Origin: Rhodoferax sp.
Lineage (GTDB): Bacteria > Pseudomonadota > Gammaproteobacteria > Burkholderiales > Burkholderiaceae_C
Direction of reading: 5' to 3'
DNA length: 64,000 bases
Assembly: GCA_044346035.1 (NCBI GenBank)
Contig: JBIIZY010000001.1
Span: forward strand, 2,499 to 66,498
Shown here: one piece after another, positions 63,055-64,000 of the stretch
How the letters are laid out: each line of letters starts with the position of its first letter
Numbering within the stretch: position 1 is the first letter of the stretch
The notes under the pieces: generated by a model
The model's input: the letters and a program-made list of their open reading frames with translations, nothing else
Told to the model about the DNA's origin: nothing
Databases searched by the model: none
Translations under genes and position numbers: made by a program

Positions 63055-63695
63055 ATGGTGCCTGCGTGCGAGAAACGGAACTCAGCTTTGTGGAGCGGGT
63101 CACAGACAGTGCACCCCACCAGCACGCAAACCACCCTGCTATCGGTTCAGCTGAAGTTCGGCGCCATGGCCATCGGACTGACCAGTTTCTGGCTTAGGTT
63201 TCGGTCGGGAATCGTGTACGCCGCGAGTTTTGTGCCCATTTAGCTGCTGCACTTCGCTTTGGCTACCAAACCACCCGCCATGACCACTGCGACCATGGCC
63301 GCCGGGTTCAAGGACATGGGTGAGCCGCACGCTGCTTAGCGCTTTGTCGATGAAGTGTCGTGCCTGGGGCGCTCCCAGCTCGCGGCCGTGGTGGGCAATG
63401 TGCTGGCGGTGTGTCCAATGGTGTTGCTGTTATCGGCATAGATGCAACTGGCCAGCGGCACATCCATGATTGACGCTGCGTGTGACCGCTATGTGCTGCA
63501 CTCGCTCCCACTGCTGGAGCCATCCTTTTTGTTCTCGGCCTTCACTGGCATCTTGCTGTTTTGCCGAAGCACGCTGGCTGGGTGGAGAGCTGGTTTGTGC
63601 TGAATCGGCTGCACACCGACCCCGACTACCCGAACCACCTCACCTACGACCAACATCTGCAAGCCATCGATTTAGCCTGGTTGCGGCGCACGTAG
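63055..63695 (+). pseudogene. internal fragment of a membrane 'site-specific recombinase' family (PF10136-like) gene, inactivated
   Basis: One frame reads ...TTLLSVQLKFGAMAIGLTSFWLRFRSGIVYAASFVPI-TAG(63241)-LLHFALATKPPAMTTATMAAGFKDMGEPHAA-TAG(63337)-RFVDEVSCLGRSQLAAVVGNVLAVCPMVLLLSA-TAG(63439)-MQLASG...FSAFTGILLFCRSTLAGW. An indel near 63574-63586 is then needed to continue WVESWFVLNRL. Motifs LHF.LATK.PAMT and AGWVE.WFVL.RL match my recollection of that family. It covers only ~0.6 kb of a ~2-kb gene. Confidence 0.5.
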
Positions 63696-63767
63696 CTTGC
63701 GCGGCGTCACCATTCCGCAGCACCCCCACGTCCAGACACTAGGGCGCAGGGCATCCGCTTATTCCTG

Positions 63768-63791
63768 AAGTTTCGCAAATTTCTGAAACTT
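63768..63791. promoter_or_regulatory. inverted repeat AAGTTTC-N10-GAAACTT in an AT-rich block upstream of the MarR/GbsR-like gene (candidate operator)
   Basis: Read directly. Lies 41 nt upstream of ATG 63832, next to the TAGAAT -10-like hexamer at 63796. Confidence 0.3.
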
Positions 63792-63831
63792 TGAATAGAA
63801 TTCGCGCCACCCCAACCAGCCCACCACGCCC

Positions 63832-64000
63832 ATGCCCCACGCGCTCACTCCCCTGGTCCGCAGCTTCGTCGCCCACTTTGGCGAAATGGGTAGCCGCTGG
63901 GGCATCAACCGAACGGTGGGGCAGATTTACGCGCTGATTTACGTCGCGCCGCAGGCACTCAACGCCGACGAGATCGCAGAGGCGCTGGAGTTCAGCCGCA
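63832..64000 (+). CDS. MarR/GbsR-family HTH transcriptional regulator, 3' end cut by window edge
   Basis: MPHALTPLVRSFVAHFGEMGSRWGINRTVGQIYALIYVAPQALNADEIAEALEFSR. The RWGINRTVGQIYALIY..LNADEIAE pattern is typical of GbsR/MarR-like winged-helix regulators. Not in the ORF track because it is truncated. Confidence 0.55.
   Translation, partial: MPHALTPLVRSFVAHFGEMGSRWGINRTVGQIYALIYVAPQALNADEIAEALEFSR

Noticed and set aside
63241-63441. Idea that the three in-frame TAG codons reflect programmed read-through or recoding
   Set aside because: The gene is also truncated at both ends and frameshifted near 63580, and no recoding machinery is expected in this lineage. Simple pseudogenisation explains it.

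Overview
GC-rich chromosomal segment whose gene content and order look like a Burkholderiales (Comamonadaceae-like) betaproteobacterium. It is almost entirely tightly packed housekeeping operons. In order: sdhD(partial)-sdhA-sdhB-sdhE-gltA; leuC-leuD-leuB-asd-fimV-truA-trpF-trpB-trpA-accD; yggT / lysS-eamA-ygjP-like. On the minus strand: degP-lepA-lepB-DUF4845-rnc-era-recO-pdxJ-acpS-nagZ, then yceD-rpmF-plsX-fabH-fabD-fabG-acpP-fabF-(YgfX-like). Then maf plus an RsmI-like methyltransferase; rluC-HAD-Rieske-sppA divergent from rne; a GGDEF cyclase behind hemC-hemD-hemX-hemY; ppc; an algZ/algR-like LytS/LytTR pair; a secreted two-domain hydrolase plus argH; paiB; and a dctQMP TRAP transporter. 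The last ~1.2 kb is decayed DNA followed by the start of a MarR/GbsR-type regulator. I saw no rRNA, tRNA, CRISPR, IS or prophage signatures. Many long ORFs in the track are GC-driven antisense artefacts, and several true starts lie downstream of the track starts. I do not see a convincing new multi-gene system, so this reads as an ordinary core region. The spots most worth a second look are: (1) a 490-bp GC-poor degP-lepA spacer ending in a canonical terminator ~25 nt (T-tract to ATG) before lepA; (2) the apparent absence of rpoE-rseA-rseB from its usual slot between the fab cluster and degP; (3) a YgfX/CptA-like membrane ORF after fabF while sdhE sits in the sdh operon; (4) a secreted tandem alpha/beta-hydrolase inserted between algZ and argH; (5) a membrane 'site-specific recombinase'-family pseudogene with three in-frame TAG codons; (6) an in-frame 21-bp x3 tandem repeat inside hemD.
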